DNA of 63,904 nt, the filler included, from Octopus bimaculoides (taxonomy: Eukaryota), in NCBI RefSeq assembly GCF_001194135.2. It is 5 parts of 5 records of this genome, joined end to end, with 100 filler letters (N's around TTAATTAATTAA, not from the genome) between each part and the next. Parts side by side here need not be neighbours in the genome. Positions count along the whole stretch, not along the records: positions 62,797 to 63,904 come from NW_026354444.1; 4 more parts are not named here. One strand, 5' to 3'. The position numbers and the translations under genes are program-made. Each line of letters starts with the position of its first letter. Position 1 is the stretch's first letter. Below the pieces are notes generated by a model that saw nothing but the letters and a program-made list of their open reading frames with translations, was not told the DNA's origin and searched no databases. Below, piece by piece: positions 62,797 to 63,904 of the stretch.

Positions 62797-63904
62797 TTCC
62801 ACAAAAAGCGAAAGAGCTGTCTCTCCAACCTGATCAACCACGAATCTGGACAAGGCACAACGGTTAGGCGGTAAGTAATGACCGATACGATAAACATATT
62901 GGCCACCTCCGCCCTCCCTTTCAGGGATAGCCACCGCCAAGACCAGGTCTTGACTACTGCAGCCACCCTGCTCAATACCTCCGTCCAGTTCTTCTCTATC
63001 TGGAGGCCTGGTCCAAACCAAACTCCCAGCAACTTAACTGGTCCCTCCGTCCAGCGCCCAACAGCGCTGTCTGAAGGCATCGACTTNNNNNNNNNNGTCC
63101 AAACCAAACTCCCAGCAACTTAACTGGTCCCTCCGTCCAGCGCCCAACAGCGCTGTCTGAAGGCATCGACTTGCCAACCCAGGTGCCGAGTTGTAAGCCG
63201 ACCGACTTTTCCCGGTTAATCTTTGCTCCTGCCACCTCCTCGTAAGCCTCAATAGTCTTACCCACTTCACGTAGGCGTGCTACCGAAGTTACGCTGATAG
63301 TGATATCATCTGCGTAAGCAGTAACAAACTCCTCTAGACCTGGTTCTCTCGGAATGCCACTCAACCTCCGCAGAAGTGGCTCGAGAGCTACCACATACAA
63401 AAGCCGGTGAGAGCGGACATCCTTGACGAACCGAGTGTCTGATACAGAACGGCTTCGAAAGGAAACCGTTCACCCCAACTATCAAGTCAATGTTGTGGTA
63501 CAAAGCAATAAACCACCTGAGGAAGCCAAGGCCCAAGCCGAACCACGCAAGCACAGTCGCCAGGTATTGATGGTCAACCCTATCAAAAGCTTTAGACTGG
63601 TCCAAATGTACCAGTGCCCCACCTTTGTCAGATTTATTACCAACCCTCTCTATGGTATTGCGGATAAGATGGAGGGTATCCTGAATGGTTCTGCCTGGGA
63701 TGGCACATGTCTGTGCCTCCCCGACTATACCATCCGCGACACGCGCCAACCTTTTCGCTAAGACCTTGGCCAAAATCTTCACTTCTGCATTTAACAGAGT
63801 GATGGGCCTGAAATTCTCTATAACATCCCCCTTGTCCGGGTCCTTTCTGATCAATGTCACTACTCCCCGGCGCACAGATCTGGGGATAAACCCATTCTGT
63901 TGCC
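62797..63904 (-). mobile_element. Tx1/L1-clade LINE ORF2 RT region, continues beyond the window end
   Basis: NFRPITLLNAEVKILAKVLAKRL, LDQSKAFDRVDH, RQGCPLSP, AYADDITI, KINREKS, LSLKGRAEVAN; one frameshift near 63400. Confidence 0.95.

Overview
AT-rich, microsatellite-dense animal genomic DNA. It is most likely from an octopod cephalopod, inferred from the tRNA-derived SINE families and the [16 protein letters not shown]-style zinc-finger arrays. The window is not one contiguous locus: four identical 100-nt linkers (N44-TTAATTAATTAA-N44, at 21724, 45190, 59635 and 62697) join five separate pieces, and there are many internal N gaps. The only confidently coding genes are two paralogous minus-strand C2H2 zinc-finger genes (17 fingers, 29356-30807; 11 fingers, 36470-37423). 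Everything else recognisable is mobile or repetitive DNA: four Tx1/L1-clade LINE remnants (one internally deleted, HAL1-like), RTE-clade LINE fragments (one with a PHD-like C4HC3 insert after the RT core), an R4/Dong-clade fragment, two decayed mariner transposases, two SINE families, several long foldback/MITE-like hairpins, and TIR elements carrying TTAGGG tracts. The most notable observations are: (i) both ZNF paralogs have an AUG-initiated mini-ORF ending in UUU-UAA-A whose +1 frame is the finger array, an antizyme-like layout; (ii) minimal type I hammerhead ribozyme motifs of the Penelope type at about 3.9 kb and 6.8 kb; (iii) two Tx1 copies whose 5' junctions both abut TATCT in (TATC)n; (iv) a phase-compatible chain of four small plus-strand exons (51.5-57.7 kb) encoding an unrecognised basic peptide. 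No CRISPR, rRNA or true tRNA genes were seen. Repeat boundaries are approximate; family names are by eye, with no database search.
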